Assembly (NCBI GenBank): GCA_045863395.1
Contig: BTVJ01000046.1
Coordinates: forward strand, 1 to 60,861
DNA: 60,861 nt
Source: Myxococcales bacterium
GTDB lineage: Bacteria; Myxococcota_A; UBA9042; JABWCM01; BTVJ01
Reading direction: 5' to 3'
Below are positions 17,016-27,914 of this stretch, in pieces. Each line of letters begins with the position of its first letter. Positions within the stretch are counted from its first letter, which is position 1. A model generated the notes under the pieces. The model was not told the origin of the DNA and did not search any database. It saw only the letters and a list, made by a program, of their open reading frames with translations. Position numbers and translations under genes: made by a program.

Positions 17016-18643
17016 CCGGCCTCAAGCCCAACCAGCACAAGGCGCTCCAGCGCATCTTCCGGCGACGGGTGCCGCCGAGCCAGCTCCTGACCGTGGAGCT
17101 GGCGACCACCCTCGCCGAGGTCTCCCACGACCTGGGGCGCCAAGTCGGGGCGCTCGTCGACCGGCGCGGCATCATCGAGCACGTGGTCGTCGGGGACGCC
17201 TCGAAGATCGTGCTCCCCGACGTGGGGCGCCAGCGCGCCGGCCAGGGGCGGCTGCGCGGAGTGCGCCTCGTCCACACCCACCTGCGGGGCGAGCCCCTCA
17301 CCCGCGACGATCTCACGGACCTGTCGCTCCTGTCGCTGGACTTCGTGGTCGCCGTGACCGTGGACCCCGAGGGACGCCCCGACCTGGTGCACGCGGCGCA
17401 CCTGCTGCCCGAGAACCCGCAGAAGCGGCTCTGGAACGTGCTCGACCCGGTGAGCATCCACCGCCTGGAGCTGCCCCTCGACGAGGTGCTGCGCTCCCTG
17501 GAGGCGGAGATCGACCGGGACCGGGCGCGGACCACGCGCGCCGGCGCGGATCGGGCCGTGCTCATCCACGTCCACCGGGGCTCCGACGAGGACGACGCCA
17601 ACCTGGCGGAGGTGCGGGAGCTGTGCGCGACCGCCAACGTGGAGGTGGTCGCCGTCATCGAGCAGCAGCGCGCGGAGCCTGACCCGCGCTACGTGCTCGG
17701 GCGCGGAAAGCTCGACCACGTAGTCTTGGAGACCATGCAGCTCGGCGTCGAGATCGCCATCTTCACCCGGGACCTCACGCCGAGCCAGGCCCGCGCCATC
17801 ACAGACGCCGTGGCGCTGCGCGTGCTCGACCGCACGCAGCTCATCCTCGACATCTTCGCCCAGCGGGCCCAGAGCGGGGCCGGCAAGCTCCAGGTGGAGC
17901 TGGCGCAGCTCAAGTACAACCTGCCGCGCCTCGTCGAGAAGAACACGGGCATGAGCCGCCTGACCGGCGGCATCGGCGGCCGAGGCCCGGGCGAGACCAA
18001 GCTGGAGATCAACCGGCGCCGCGCCAAGGATCGCATCCGTCTGCTGGAAGAAGAGCTGACGACGCTCATGCGCAACCGGGAGCAGCAACGGCGCCGCAGG
18101 AGCCGCGCAGAGCTGCCCGTCGTCTCCATCGTGGGCTACACGAACGCAGGCAAGTCGACGCTGCTCAATACGCTGACGAAGAGCCAGGTGGTCGCGGAGA
18201 ACAAGCTCTTCGCGACACTGGACCCGTCGAGCCGGCGCATGCGCTTCCCCGAGGAGCGGGAGGTCATCGTCACGGACACGGTGGGCTTCATCCGGGACCT
18301 GCCCCCCGACCTGCTCAGCGCCTTCAAGGCCACGCTGGAGGAGCTGGAGGAGGCGGACCTCCTGCTCCACGTGGCAGACGTCTCGAACCCGCGGTGCGAC
18401 GAGCACATCGCAGCAGTGGAGCGCATCGTGGAGGAGCTGGGGCTCGCCAGGAAGCGCCGCCTGCTGGTCCTGAACAAGTGCGACCGCGTGGACCCGGAGC
18501 TGGCCGCCACCGAGGCGCGCACCCGCCGGGGCATCGCGGTGAGCGCCATCAACCCGGCCACGCTGCTGCCCCTCATCGATGCAGTGCGGTGGGAGCTGTG
18601 GCGCCAGGACCTGGACACCGCGCCGGCTACGTCTCTCGCTTGA
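16985..18643 (+). CDS. hflX: Ribosome-splitting GTPase HflX (long N-terminal form)
   Basis: GNLTGLKP, LDIFAQRA, KLQVELAQL, GGRGPGETKLE, GYTNAGKST, LFATLD, DTVGF, NKCD; start inferred at ATC 16985. Confidence 0.92.
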   Translation: MTSHKPSGNLTGLKPNQHKALQRIFRRRVPPSQLLTVELATTLAEVSHDLGRQVGALVDRRGIIEHVVVGDASKIVLPDVGRQRAGQGRLRGVRLVHTHLRGEPLTRDDLTDLSLLSLDFVVAVTVDPEGRPDLVHAAHLLPENPQKRLWNVLDPVSIHRLELPLDEVLRSLEAEIDRDRARTTRAGADRAVLIHVHRGSDEDDANLAEVRELCATANVEVVAVIEQQRAEPDPRYVLGRGKLDHVVLETMQLGVEIAIFTRDLTPSQARAITDAVALRVLDRTQLILDIFAQRAQSGAGKLQVELAQLKYNLPRLVEKNTGMSRLTGGIGGRGPGETKLEINRRRAKDRIRLLEEELTTLMRNREQQRRRRSRAELPVVSIVGYTNAGKSTLLNTLTKSQVVAENKLFATLDPSSRRMRFPEEREVIVTDTVGFIRDLPPDLLSAFKATLEELEEADLLLHVADVSNPRCDEHIAAVERIVEELGLARKRRLLVLNKCDRVDPELAATEARTRRGIAVSAINPATLLPLIDAVRWELWRQDLDTAPATSLA

Positions 18644-19289
18644 GCACGAGCGTCACCTTGCCGTCGCGCACCGCCACGCCGAAGCGCGCCCCGGGCCGCG
18701 CGACGCGCTCCACCGTGCGCTCGAAGGCCTCGTAGGTCACCCCCTCCACGGGCTCGTTGGTCTGGCGCCGCGCGGAGATGAAGTCCCGATAGAGCGCCTC
18801 GTAGGGGCGCTGCGGTGCCTCCTCCAGGGGCGCGCCCAGGGCCCGCAGCAGCTCCTCCGCTGCGGCTGCCGCGGCGCTCGGCGAGGGGGTGTGGGGCTCC
18901 GGCGCCGCGTCCTCGATGGTGTCGGCGCCGTCCCCGGGCCGCTGGTCAGGCGCCTGCGCCCTGCGCCGCGTGACCCCCTCTCGGCGGAACGTGCCCTCCT
19001 CGATCTGGCGCATGGTGCGGTCCCAGTAGGTCGCGTAGGTGGCGAGGCGCTGGCGCAGCGTGCCGAAGCGGAACCGGACGGGCGGGCGGCTGGCGTCGTC
19101 CAGCGTCGAGCGGCGAAGGGCGCGCTCCAGGTCGGCCCGCTGCTTCTGCGGCTCGCGCTTCTCCAGCCCCAGGATGAAGTGGTCGTAGGCCACCCGCAGC
19201 TCCTCGACGGCGGCCTCGAGGGCGACTATCTCGGCGTCCTCCTTCTTGTACAGCTCCCTGAGCTTCGCTGCGACGTTCTTGGAGGACAA
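18627..19289 (-). CDS. MXAN_5187 C-terminal-domain-like protein
   Basis: LRVAYDHFILGLEKREP, RFRFGTL..TYWDR..IEEG, LYRDFISARRQTNE..FGVAVRDGKVTL; TTG start inferred. Confidence 0.65.
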   Translation of the reverse strand: MSSKNVAAKLRELYKKEDAEIVALEAAVEELRVAYDHFILGLEKREPQKQRADLERALRRSTLDDASRPPVRFRFGTLRQRLATYATYWDRTMRQIEEGTFRREGVTRRRAQAPDQRPGDGADTIEDAAPEPHTPSPSAAAAAAEELLRALGAPLEEAPQRPYEALYRDFISARRQTNEPVEGVTYEAFERTVERVARPGARFGVAVRDGKVTLVLKRET

Positions 19290-19454
19290 GCGGGGCTCCC
19301 CGGGTGGTTCAAGCCGACGCAGCATACCACAGCTCGGGCCCGCCGGGCACCCGTCGCGTGGGCCTCGCGGCTCGTGGTGGCGGCGCGTGCTCGACGCCGC
19401 GCGGAACCCGGGCTAGAATCGCGCCAGGACGCAACCACACGGCTCGAGGTCTCC

Positions 19455-20948
19455 ATGCACATCCCACGCATCGTCTTCCACGCGCTCCTCGCCCTGGCGC
19501 TCGCCGCCTGCAACACCCAGGTCACCGACGAGGACCTGGAGCGCTGGAGCAACAATGAAGAGGGGCTCAAGAAGATCGAGGAGATCGTGCGCGACGCGGA
19601 GCAGCCGCTGGAGACCCGGGTCCGGGCGCTGAAGGCAGCCCTCTCGGCGAGCGCCAACGCCCGCATCCGTACATACATCGAGCGTTCACCGGACCGGGAG
19701 GTCATCGCCAAGGCCTTCCGGGACGCCCTGCTCAAGATGATGGAGTCGGAGCGGGACCAGGTCACGGCGAAGGACGGGCTGCTCCAGGTGCTGCCGTATC
19801 TGCCCGCGGAGGAGCGGGACCCGGTGCAGAGGCGCATCGCCGAGTGGGCCTTCGAGGGCCTCGACGACACCAGCCCGACCGCCAAGATCAAGGAGCAGGT
19901 GGAGTACCGCATCCTGGTGAGCCAGATCGAGGACCTCGGCCCACATGGCGCCAAGGGGGCCGCCCTGCTCGTGTCGCGCGGCTTTGCCGTGGACCGCCTC
20001 TTCCGCTACCTGGTCGCCATCGGCACCGACGAGGCGCGGCGGCTGGCGCTCGGGGCGGTGGTCAAGCTGCACCAGGTCCCGGACAGCCAGGTCACCTACG
20101 CCCACCTGGAGCGCATCCAAGAGATCGGATCGGCCGACGCGGCCCTCTACCTGCTGGACCTGTACGACAGCCAGGAGGATCGGGACATCGCGTCGGACGC
20201 CTTCAACCGGGCCCTCGGCATGATCGAGCTGCCTGCCGTGCGCAACGACAAGGGGAAGGTCGTGCAGCGCATGTTCGCCTACCTGCGAGGGAAGTCCGCG
20301 GACGATCGCTGGTTTGCGGCGCGCACCATCGTCGCCCTGGAGGGGGCATCCAAGCTGGGCGAGCTGCTCGACGCCTTCGCCGACGATGGGGTCTATGACT
20401 CCGGGGCCTTCGACCCCCAGAAGTCGATCATCGACCTGTGCGAGACGGGCGTGGTCCCCCTGAAGGCGGAAGCCGTCGCCCCGCTCACCGCGCGGCTCCA
20501 GGGCGACAACCGCATCGCGCGGAGCATCGCCATCGTGTGCCTGAAGGCCCTGGAGGCCGTCGAGGCGCGCCCGGCGCTGGAGGCCCTCGCGGCCGACGCG
20601 ACGAGCCTGGAGGACTTCCTCGGGGACAAGCTGACCATCGGGACTCTGGCGCAGAACGCGGCGGACGGCATCGCCATGGTCGCCGAGCTGCGGCAGAAGG
20701 AGGCGGACGGGGCGCTCCCGAAGGACGAGGCGTCGGAGCAGCGGTGGCACACCTTCGTGATCCTCGCGAAGACGGGCCAGGCCTACAAGGACGCCGTCGC
20801 CGCCCGCCTCGAGGCGGTACGCAGAGCAGCGCGTGGGGAGCCCGAGCCGCCTGCCGAGGAGGAGCCCGCCGAGGCGCCGGCAGCCCCCCCCGACCCGCCG
20901 AAGAAGGGCGCCAAGGGGAGCAAGGGCGCCAAGAAGAAGGGGCGCTAG
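19455..20948 (+). CDS. HEAT/ARM-like helical lipoprotein
   Basis: GAGG RBS, lipobox LAAC, all-helical repeats, Pro/Lys-rich tail. Confidence 0.75.
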   Translation: MHIPRIVFHALLALALAACNTQVTDEDLERWSNNEEGLKKIEEIVRDAEQPLETRVRALKAALSASANARIRTYIERSPDREVIAKAFRDALLKMMESERDQVTAKDGLLQVLPYLPAEERDPVQRRIAEWAFEGLDDTSPTAKIKEQVEYRILVSQIEDLGPHGAKGAALLVSRGFAVDRLFRYLVAIGTDEARRLALGAVVKLHQVPDSQVTYAHLERIQEIGSADAALYLLDLYDSQEDRDIASDAFNRALGMIELPAVRNDKGKVVQRMFAYLRGKSADDRWFAARTIVALEGASKLGELLDAFADDGVYDSGAFDPQKSIIDLCETGVVPLKAEAVAPLTARLQGDNRIARSIAIVCLKALEAVEARPALEALAADATSLEDFLGDKLTIGTLAQNAADGIAMVAELRQKEADGALPKDEASEQRWHTFVILAKTGQAYKDAVAARLEAVRRAARGEPEPPAEEEPAEAPAAPPDPPKKGAKGSKGAKKKGR

Positions 20949-20971
20949 GGGCTCCGTCGGGGCCGGCCGCG

Positions 20972-21400
20972 CTACTCCCCCCCGCGCGCCTCCAGGAAGC
21001 TCACGACGCGTCGCGCCAGCCGGGGCCGGAGCCCCTCCTCGCGCACCAGGCGCAGGGCAACCCGCATGTCGCTGCGCTCGGTCTCCCGCCGCATCTCCAG
21101 GGGTGACAGCACGAAGCGGGCTCCCCCGTCGAGGCCGTACATGGCGATGCGGCGGTGGGACGCGTGCCGCTCCGACTGCTCCACGAGGCCCGCCAGGAGC
21201 AGCGTCACGGCGAGGGCGAAGGCCCCGATCAGGCTCAGCACCAGCAAGACCATGCGGCGGCGGCGCACACTGCGCTCGATGGCCAGCGTGCGCTCGCGCA
21301 CGAACTGCGACAGATCCGCCGGGTTCCGCGCGCCCGGGATCATGGGCGGCGTGGAGCGGTTCTCCCACGGCGAGGACGAGCGCTCAGGATCGTTGCTCAA
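20972..21400 (-). CDS. Hypothetical single-TM protein
   Basis: GGAGG then TTG at 21400; RRRR followed by a hydrophobic helix. Confidence 0.55.
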   Translation of the reverse strand: MSNDPERSSSPWENRSTPPMIPGARNPADLSQFVRERTLAIERSVRRRRMVLLVLSLIGAFALAVTLLLAGLVEQSERHASHRRIAMYGLDGGARFVLSPLEMRRETERSDMRVALRLVREEGLRPRLARRVVSFLEARGGE

Positions 21401-21553
21401 GCTCCCTCCGTCAGATGGCGCCGAAGGTACCAGAGTCCGGGACGTAGCGCACGAATTGTGATTGGGCGGATCCGCCCACGTCGGACCGGCCGTCCCGTCC
21501 CGCTGGCCCGCTTGGTTGACTCCGGCGCCGAGACCGCCCAAGATTCCGCGCCA

Positions 21554-23182
21554 ATGAGCACCGCAAAGGCAACCCCAGAGAAGGACACCACGGTCACCGC
21601 CGGCCGCGGCTTCCTGATCATCACGCTCGCCAAGGTCTGGTTCCTGCTCACGTCCACCATCGTGAACATCGGGCTACCGCGGCTCTTGGACAACCCGGCC
21701 CGCTTCGGCGACTTCAAGGTGGTCAACACGCTGATCAGCATCGTGAACATGGTGATGATCACCGGCACCATCCAGGCTGTCGCCAAGCTCGTCAGCGAGA
21801 ACGAGGCGAGCGCCCGGACGGTGCGGCGCCGGGCCCTGACCATGCAGCTCCTGTTCGGGGGAGGCCTCTTCGCGCTGCTGGTGCTGGGCGCCGGCCCCAT
21901 CTGCGCCTACGCGCTGCAGGACGAGAGCCTCTCCCCGTACCTCCGGGTCTCCGCCATCGTGGTGCTCGCCTATGCCTTCTACGCGGTGTTCGTGGGCCTG
22001 CTGAACGGCCTGAAGGACTTCCGGGGGCAGGCGACCCTCGACATGACGTTCTCCACGCTCAAGACCGGCCTGCTCGTGGGGCTGGTGGTGGCGGGCTTCG
22101 GCGTGATGGGCGCCTTCGCGGGCTTCGCCGCCGCCGCCGTGGCCATCGTCGCCGTCGCTGCGTGGCGGACGCGCCACGTCGGCCGCGGCGCCCCGGCCGT
22201 GCACGTCGACACGGGGCGCATGGCGGGCTTCATGCTCCAGGTCATGGCCTACACCTTCGTGGTCAACATGCTGCTCCAGGTGGACGTCCTGATCCTCAAG
22301 GGCTTCGAGCTCGGCCCCTTCAAGGAGGAGCTGGGCACCGCCCTCGGCAAGGCGCGCATGGAGCTCCTGGGCGCCGCGCTGCCCGCCTACGGAGGCGCCA
22401 CGGACGGGGTCGTGACGGCACTCGCCACGGAGGCCACGAGCCGCCTCGCGGGCTTCTTCGGCGCCATGAAGAACGTCGCCATGATCCCCTACCAGGCCAT
22501 CATCTCGGTGACCTTCGTGATCTTCCCGCTCATCTCGCAGGCGACCTTCGCCAAGGACGAGGACGCGGCCCGCCGCACCATCCGGCAGACCTTCCGCGCC
22601 TCGCTCGTGCTGGTGGCGGCGCCGTGCGTCGTCCTGGTCGGGTGCGCGGAGCCGCTGGTGGCGCTGTTGTTCGGAGATGCCTACACCGTCGGCGCCGACG
22701 CGCTGATCGTGCTGCTCTGCGCGACCGTCTGCTTCGCGCTGCTCTTCGTCGGCAACACGATTATCACGGGCGCGGGCCACGCGCGCACGGCGCTGGCCAT
22801 CGGCCTCGTCACCCTCACCGCGAGCATCGGCGGCACGGTGGGGCTCCTCGCGGCCAGCGGCCCCTGGCGCACCGCGCTGCTCGCGGCAGCCTGGGGCGGC
22901 GCCGGCGCGGTGGTCCTGGGCCTCGCCTTGTCCCTGGGGGTCATCGCGTTGCGCTACCGAGCCACCATGCCGCTGTGGACCCTGGTGCGGGTCGCGGGCG
23001 TGGGGGCGGCGCTGGTGGCGCTGACGCCGTTCCTGCCATCGGGCGGGCCCATCCTGCTCGTCCTCCGCATGGCGGCGCTGGGCGTGGCGTTCCTCGTGGG
23101 CCTCGCCCTGACGGGGGAGTTCACGCGCCAGGACCTGGACGCCGCCCGCCGTATCCTCGGCCGCCGGAGGGCCGCTCGATGA
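21554..23182 (+). CDS. MOP-superfamily flippase (SpoVB/MurJ/polysaccharide export-like)
   Basis: AGRGFLIITLAKVWFL start, many TM helices, GLLNGLKDF, VIFPLISQA. Confidence 0.8.
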   Translation: MSTAKATPEKDTTVTAGRGFLIITLAKVWFLLTSTIVNIGLPRLLDNPARFGDFKVVNTLISIVNMVMITGTIQAVAKLVSENEASARTVRRRALTMQLLFGGGLFALLVLGAGPICAYALQDESLSPYLRVSAIVVLAYAFYAVFVGLLNGLKDFRGQATLDMTFSTLKTGLLVGLVVAGFGVMGAFAGFAAAAVAIVAVAAWRTRHVGRGAPAVHVDTGRMAGFMLQVMAYTFVVNMLLQVDVLILKGFELGPFKEELGTALGKARMELLGAALPAYGGATDGVVTALATEATSRLAGFFGAMKNVAMIPYQAIISVTFVIFPLISQATFAKDEDAARRTIRQTFRASLVLVAAPCVVLVGCAEPLVALLFGDAYTVGADALIVLLCATVCFALLFVGNTIITGAGHARTALAIGLVTLTASIGGTVGLLAASGPWRTALLAAAWGGAGAVVLGLALSLGVIALRYRATMPLWTLVRVAGVGAALVALTPFLPSGGPILLVLRMAALGVAFLVGLALTGEFTRQDLDAARRILGRRRAAR

Positions 23183-23685
23183 GTCGGGTCCTCGTCATGG
23201 CGCTGCTCCTCGTGGCGTGCAACCAGCAGCGCCCGTCCCAGGCCGAGCTGCTCAAGATGGCCGCCTCGACCTACAACGAGGGCCTCCGCTGGAAGCGGTA
23301 CACCGACTGCGCGGGCCTCATGCCCCCCGAGCAGCGCGACGGCTTCCTGCGGCGCATGGAGGACGAACGCGACGACCTGTCCTTCGTGGAGTACGACGTC
23401 CGCCGCATGGACCTGAACGCCGACACGACGGCGGCGACCATCGAGGTGGACTACACGTGGTTCCGCATGCCCTCGACGACGCTCCAGACCACGCGCATGC
23501 GCCAACGCTGGGCGGTCGTGGAGGACGCCTGGGTGATGTTCGAGCAGACCAAGATCGAGAGGAAGGACAAGGGGGAGGCGCCGGACCGCCTGCTGGAGCT
23601 GTCCCCCCCGGACCAGCCCCCGCCGGCGCGGCCGGGTGACGGGGACCGGGACCGGGAAGACCCGCCCCCGCGTCAGGCCCCGTAG
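23179..23685 (+). CDS. Hypothetical lipoprotein (NTF2-like/cystatin-like fold possible)
   Basis: ATGA overlap; lipobox LVAC; YNEGLRWKRY..VEYDV..YTWFR..QRW. Confidence 0.7.
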   Translation: MSRVLVMALLLVACNQQRPSQAELLKMAASTYNEGLRWKRYTDCAGLMPPEQRDGFLRRMEDERDDLSFVEYDVRRMDLNADTTAATIEVDYTWFRMPSTTLQTTRMRQRWAVVEDAWVMFEQTKIERKDKGEAPDRLLELSPPDQPPPARPGDGDRDREDPPPRQAP

Positions 23686-25175
23686 CGGGCCTGCAGGAAC
23701 GCGAGCAGGGTCAGCACGCCGTACCCGCTGCCGCCCTTGGGCACGTGGCCGTCGGCAGGCTTCTCGATGTAGCTCGGGCCAGCCAGATCGATGTGCACCC
23801 ACTTGCGGTCGCCTACGAACTCCTCCAGGAACAGGGCCGCCGTGATGGCCCCACCCCAGCGCTCGCCGACGTTCTTCATGTCCGCCACGTCGCTCTTGAG
23901 CTGCTTCTTGAGCTTGCGGTGGAGCGGCATGGGCCAGGCGTCCTCACCGGCGGCGCCGGCCGCGGCGGTCACCGCATCGAGCATGCCCTTGTCGTTGCCC
24001 CAGAGCCCCGCCATGTACGGGCCGAGCGCCACGACGCAGGCGCCGGTGAGGGTCGCGAGGTCGATGATCTCCTGCGCCCCCTGATCCACCGCGTAGGTGA
24101 GCGCGTCGGCCAGGATCAGCCTCCCCTCGGCGTCGGTGTTGCCGATCTCCACGGTCTTGCCGTTGCGCCCGCGCAGCACGTCGCCGGTCTTGTAGGCGCT
24201 CCCCTTGACCAGGTTCTCCGTCGAGGGGACGAAGCCGTGCACGACACACTTCGGAGCGACCGTGCGGACCGCCTTCATGGCGCCGAGCACCGCCGCCGCG
24301 CCGGCCATGTCGATCTTCATGTCGTCGATGGAGCCCGTGGGCTTCAGGTTGTAACCACCGGAGTCAAAGGTGAGCCCCTTGCCGACGAAGGCGACGACCG
24401 GCGTGTCCGCAGCGGCGCCCTCCGGGCGGTATGTGAGCTGGATGAACCGGGGCTCCAGGTCGCTGCCCTTGTTGACGGCGAGCAGCATCTCCATCCCAAG
24501 CTCCGTCACCCCCGCCTTGTCCCAGATGCGGTGCTCGAGCCCCTCCTCGCGGGCGATGGCCTCGGCGGCCTCGGCGAGCTTCTGGGGCGTCATCACGGCG
24601 GGTGGCTCGTTGACCAGGTCCCGCGCGAGGCAGATGGCGCCCGCGACGTGCAGCGCCGCGGCGACGTCCGCCGCGAAGGTGGGCGGCTCGTCCACGCCCG
24701 GGAAGGCCAGGGCCGCCTGCGTGACGGTGGCCGGGGTCGCGTTGTCCGCGCTCAGGTAGCGCTCGAAGCGATAGAGCCCGAGGCGCATGCCCTGCACCGC
24801 GAAGCGGACCGCCTCGGACGCCTCACCCTGCGGCGTCACCACCAGGGCGACGCTGCCGAGCCGTGACGCGCCCGCGGCCTTGGCGGCGCGGGCGGCGACG
24901 GAGCGGATGTCGGTGGCGACGAAGTCCTTGGGAGCGCCGGTGCCGAGCAGCAGGATGCGCTTGGCGGCGATGCGCCCGTGGGTGTGCAGCGTGAGCGCCT
25001 GGTCGGGCTTCCCCTCGAAGCGCTCCTCTCCGGCGACCTGGAGCAGCAGCCCCCCGAGTGCCTCGTCGAGCGCGGTGACCGCCCCGGGCCACTCGCCCTT
25101 GGCAGCGGGAACGGCGACCGCAAGCAGATCGGTGTCCAGGGTGGTCAGCGCAGCGGAGTGGTATCGAACGTCCAT
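23673..25175 (-). CDS. pepA: Leucyl aminopeptidase (M17)
   Basis: ARDLVNEP, VGKGLTFDSGG, MKIDMAGAA, NTDAEGRL, DLATLTGA. Confidence 0.95.
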   Translation of the reverse strand: MDVRYHSAALTTLDTDLLAVAVPAAKGEWPGAVTALDEALGGLLLQVAGEERFEGKPDQALTLHTHGRIAAKRILLLGTGAPKDFVATDIRSVAARAAKAAGASRLGSVALVVTPQGEASEAVRFAVQGMRLGLYRFERYLSADNATPATVTQAALAFPGVDEPPTFAADVAAALHVAGAICLARDLVNEPPAVMTPQKLAEAAEAIAREEGLEHRIWDKAGVTELGMEMLLAVNKGSDLEPRFIQLTYRPEGAAADTPVVAFVGKGLTFDSGGYNLKPTGSIDDMKIDMAGAAAVLGAMKAVRTVAPKCVVHGFVPSTENLVKGSAYKTGDVLRGRNGKTVEIGNTDAEGRLILADALTYAVDQGAQEIIDLATLTGACVVALGPYMAGLWGNDKGMLDAVTAAAGAAGEDAWPMPLHRKLKKQLKSDVADMKNVGERWGGAITAALFLEEFVGDRKWVHIDLAGPSYIEKPADGHVPKGGSGYGVLTLLAFLQARYGA

Positions 25176-25329
25176 CAGTGACTTCCTTGCGAGCGATCCC
25201 GGTTGCGCCGCCCCGCGGGCGACGAGAGAAGGGGTCGTGCCTTAGCACGAAAGCTCGCGTATCGCAAGGGCCCGAGCGTCAGAAGCACGACCCGTCGGTC
25301 ACGCCGTCGTGCCTGTCGCGCCCGCGTCC

Positions 25330-26424
25330 TCAGGGATCCACCGCATGGAGGAGCAGGTACCAGACCTCCGCCATCGCGGCGCCGGGCATCGTCGTGAAGG
25401 GGTACAGGTGGGGGACGAGCGCCTCACACCCGAAGACCGGCGCCCAGACGCAGGCACCGTCCTCGCAGGAGGCGACGGAGCACGGGTCGTCAGCCGCGCA
25501 GTCCGCCGGCGTCGAGCAGCAGTCGACGGGTGGCGCCACGTCGGGCCCGAGCGTCCCGGTGGGGAAGTGCTTGCAGCCCACGGGGGTGCACTGGTCGATG
25601 TTGCAGGGGTCGCCGTCGTCACACTCGGCGCCATTGATCGCGCCGATGTACTGGCAGCAATCCGGGATCGGGACGTGCTCGCAGTGGTAGTCGACGCACA
25701 GGTCGAAGGTGCAGCCATTCCCGTCATTGCACTGGGAGTGATAGAAGCACGGATAGCAGGTCTCACCCTCTCCGCCGGCCTTGAAAGGAAAGACGCACCT
25801 GTTGGTGGCAAGATCGCACAGATTGTCCGTGCAGATCATCTTGTCATCGCACTGCGAGTCGTCCGTGCAGCACTCTTTGATGGTGACCGGGTGACAGGCC
25901 CCCTTGTAGCAGTACGCCTCGTCGCAGGGGGCCACCGGCGTCGGGCAGTCAGCGCTGACCGTGCAGCACTGCGCACCCGGGATCGGCGTCTGGACGCACA
26001 GCACCGTATCCGAGTCGCATGTCGCGTCGTGGCACTTGTCGTTGGGCGGGCAATCCTCGGGACCGCAGCATGCTCCTTGCAGCTTCGCGTGGTAGCACCC
26101 TCCCGTCTTCTGGTCGCAGATGTCCTGGGTACACGGCGCCCCGTCGTCGCAGTCCGTGTCGGAGGTACAGGGGACGCCGGCTGCCGAGAGCGCCCCTCGC
26201 GCCGCGGCGGACTCGCCCGCGGGCCGCGCCCCGAGCGACGGCGCCTGCGGACCCTCGCCAGGGCCCGATGCCGTGACATCGGACGCCCCGCTCCCGTCCG
26301 CGCCGGGGTCGCCGGCGAGGTCGGCGCAGCGCGGAAGCGCGAGGGCGAGAGCCGCTGCCAAGGCGGTCGCGAGGCGGGGCGAGGTGGCAGGGTGTCGAAT
26401 CGAGGAGCGCTGCGTGGTGTCCAT
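25330..26424 (-). CDS. Cys-rich secreted protein/lipoprotein with CDDGxxCTxDxC repeats
   Basis: GGAGG RBS, hydrophobic leader ending in LPRC, repeated CDDGAPCTQDIC, CDDKMICTDNLC, CNDGNGCTFDLC, CDDGDPCNIDQC. Confidence 0.8.
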   Translation of the reverse strand: MDTTQRSSIRHPATSPRLATALAAALALALPRCADLAGDPGADGSGASDVTASGPGEGPQAPSLGARPAGESAAARGALSAAGVPCTSDTDCDDGAPCTQDICDQKTGGCYHAKLQGACCGPEDCPPNDKCHDATCDSDTVLCVQTPIPGAQCCTVSADCPTPVAPCDEAYCYKGACHPVTIKECCTDDSQCDDKMICTDNLCDLATNRCVFPFKAGGEGETCYPCFYHSQCNDGNGCTFDLCVDYHCEHVPIPDCCQYIGAINGAECDDGDPCNIDQCTPVGCKHFPTGTLGPDVAPPVDCCSTPADCAADDPCSVASCEDGACVWAPVFGCEALVPHLYPFTTMPGAAMAEVWYLLLHAVDP

Positions 26425-26699
26425 GAGGCCCTCCAGGGTGCACGACCGGTGTGGAACGGCGCGCTGCTGGCAGCGTGATCGTCCTTCGGCGGGGCAGCCA
26501 TCTCAGTATAGGCCGGAACGCGCCCGGTGTCCGACAAGCGGAACCAGCAACAAAAGGGAGCGACGCGTCCTGTAACCGAACGCCGTGCCCCCGAGCGCTC
26601 CCGTGTGATTGCCCAGGACACCCGGGCCGCACGCGAGATCTCGCCAGGACGAGGCGCCTGATCCAGAATGTCGCGGGTCGGAGCCATGGAGAGGCGCAC

Positions 26700-27914
26700 A
26701 TGAAGGTAGTCGTCCAGAAGTACGGTGGGTCGTCGGTGGCGGACGCGACGAAGCTGCGGAGGGTGGCGGAGCGCATCGTGCGCACCCGCGAGCTGGGCTA
26801 CGACGTGGTCGTCGTAGTCTCCGCCATGGGCAACACCACCAACGAGCTGCTGCGCAAGGCCCACGAGGTCACGCCCAACCCGCCGAGCCGCGAGCTCGAC
26901 ATGCTGCTCAGCGTCGGGGAGCGCATCTCCATGGCGCTGCTGTCCATGGCGATTCAGGCGCTCGGGCACCAGGCCATCTCGTTCACCGGCTCGCAGGTGG
27001 GCATCATCACGACGGCGAGCCACGCCAACGCGCGCATCGTCGAGGTGCGGCCGTTCCGCATCCAGGACGAGCTGGAGCAGGGCCGCATCGTGATCGTCGC
27101 CGGCTACCAGGGCACGAGCTACAAGCGCGAGATCACGACCCTCGGCCGGGGCGGCAGCGACACGACCGCCGTGGCGCTCGCCGCGGCCCTGGACGCCGAG
27201 TACTGCGAGATCTGCTCCGACGTGGACGGCGTGTTGTCCGCGGACCCCCGCGTCGTTCCAGACGCCGTGCGGATCGACGAGATGACCCACGAGGAGATGC
27301 TGGAGCTGGCCCGCGCGGGCGCCAAGGTGCTCAACACCCAGGCGGTGGAGTACGCGCGGCGCCACGGCATCGCGCTCTACGCGCGCTCCACCTTCGGCGG
27401 CCCCGAGGCGCGGGGGACCGTCGTGCGTCGGGACGTCCCGCTCCCGCCACGGCCGGTCACGGCCATCGCGGGCCGCACCGATCTGCTGCTGCTGCGCCTG
27501 GAGGGCGCCGACCCGGCCGAGCTGCAGCGCCAGTACCGCGCCGTCCTCGCGGCGCTGGCGGACATGGAGCTCACGGCGGACCGTACGTGGCTCCACGCGG
27601 AGGACCGGGCCGCCGCCACGCTGGTCTTCTCGACGGAGAACCTGCACGCCATAGAGGCCTTCCGCCGCCGCATGGCCGCCGTCATCGGGCGCGGCTCGGC
27701 GCTGGTGGACGGCATCGGCGCCGTCACGGCCGTCGGGCCGCAGGTGGGCGCCCTCCCTGACCTGCCTGGCCGCGCCCTCGACGCGCTGGGCGACCTCACC
27801 ACGCACCTCCTGGGTATGGACCTGGCAGCGACGTCCCTGACGCTGCTGCTCCCTTCCGAGCACACGGGCGAGGCGGTCCGTCGTCTGCACGCGGCGCTGA
27901 TCCCATCCACATAA
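26700..27914 (+). CDS. lysC: Aspartate kinase
   Basis: [39 protein letters not shown]-terminal ACT-like region. Confidence 0.93.
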   Translation: MKVVVQKYGGSSVADATKLRRVAERIVRTRELGYDVVVVVSAMGNTTNELLRKAHEVTPNPPSRELDMLLSVGERISMALLSMAIQALGHQAISFTGSQVGIITTASHANARIVEVRPFRIQDELEQGRIVIVAGYQGTSYKREITTLGRGGSDTTAVALAAALDAEYCEICSDVDGVLSADPRVVPDAVRIDEMTHEEMLELARAGAKVLNTQAVEYARRHGIALYARSTFGGPEARGTVVRRDVPLPPRPVTAIAGRTDLLLLRLEGADPAELQRQYRAVLAALADMELTADRTWLHAEDRAAATLVFSTENLHAIEAFRRRMAAVIGRGSALVDGIGAVTAVGPQVGALPDLPGRALDALGDLTTHLLGMDLAATSLTLLLPSEHTGEAVRRLHAALIPST

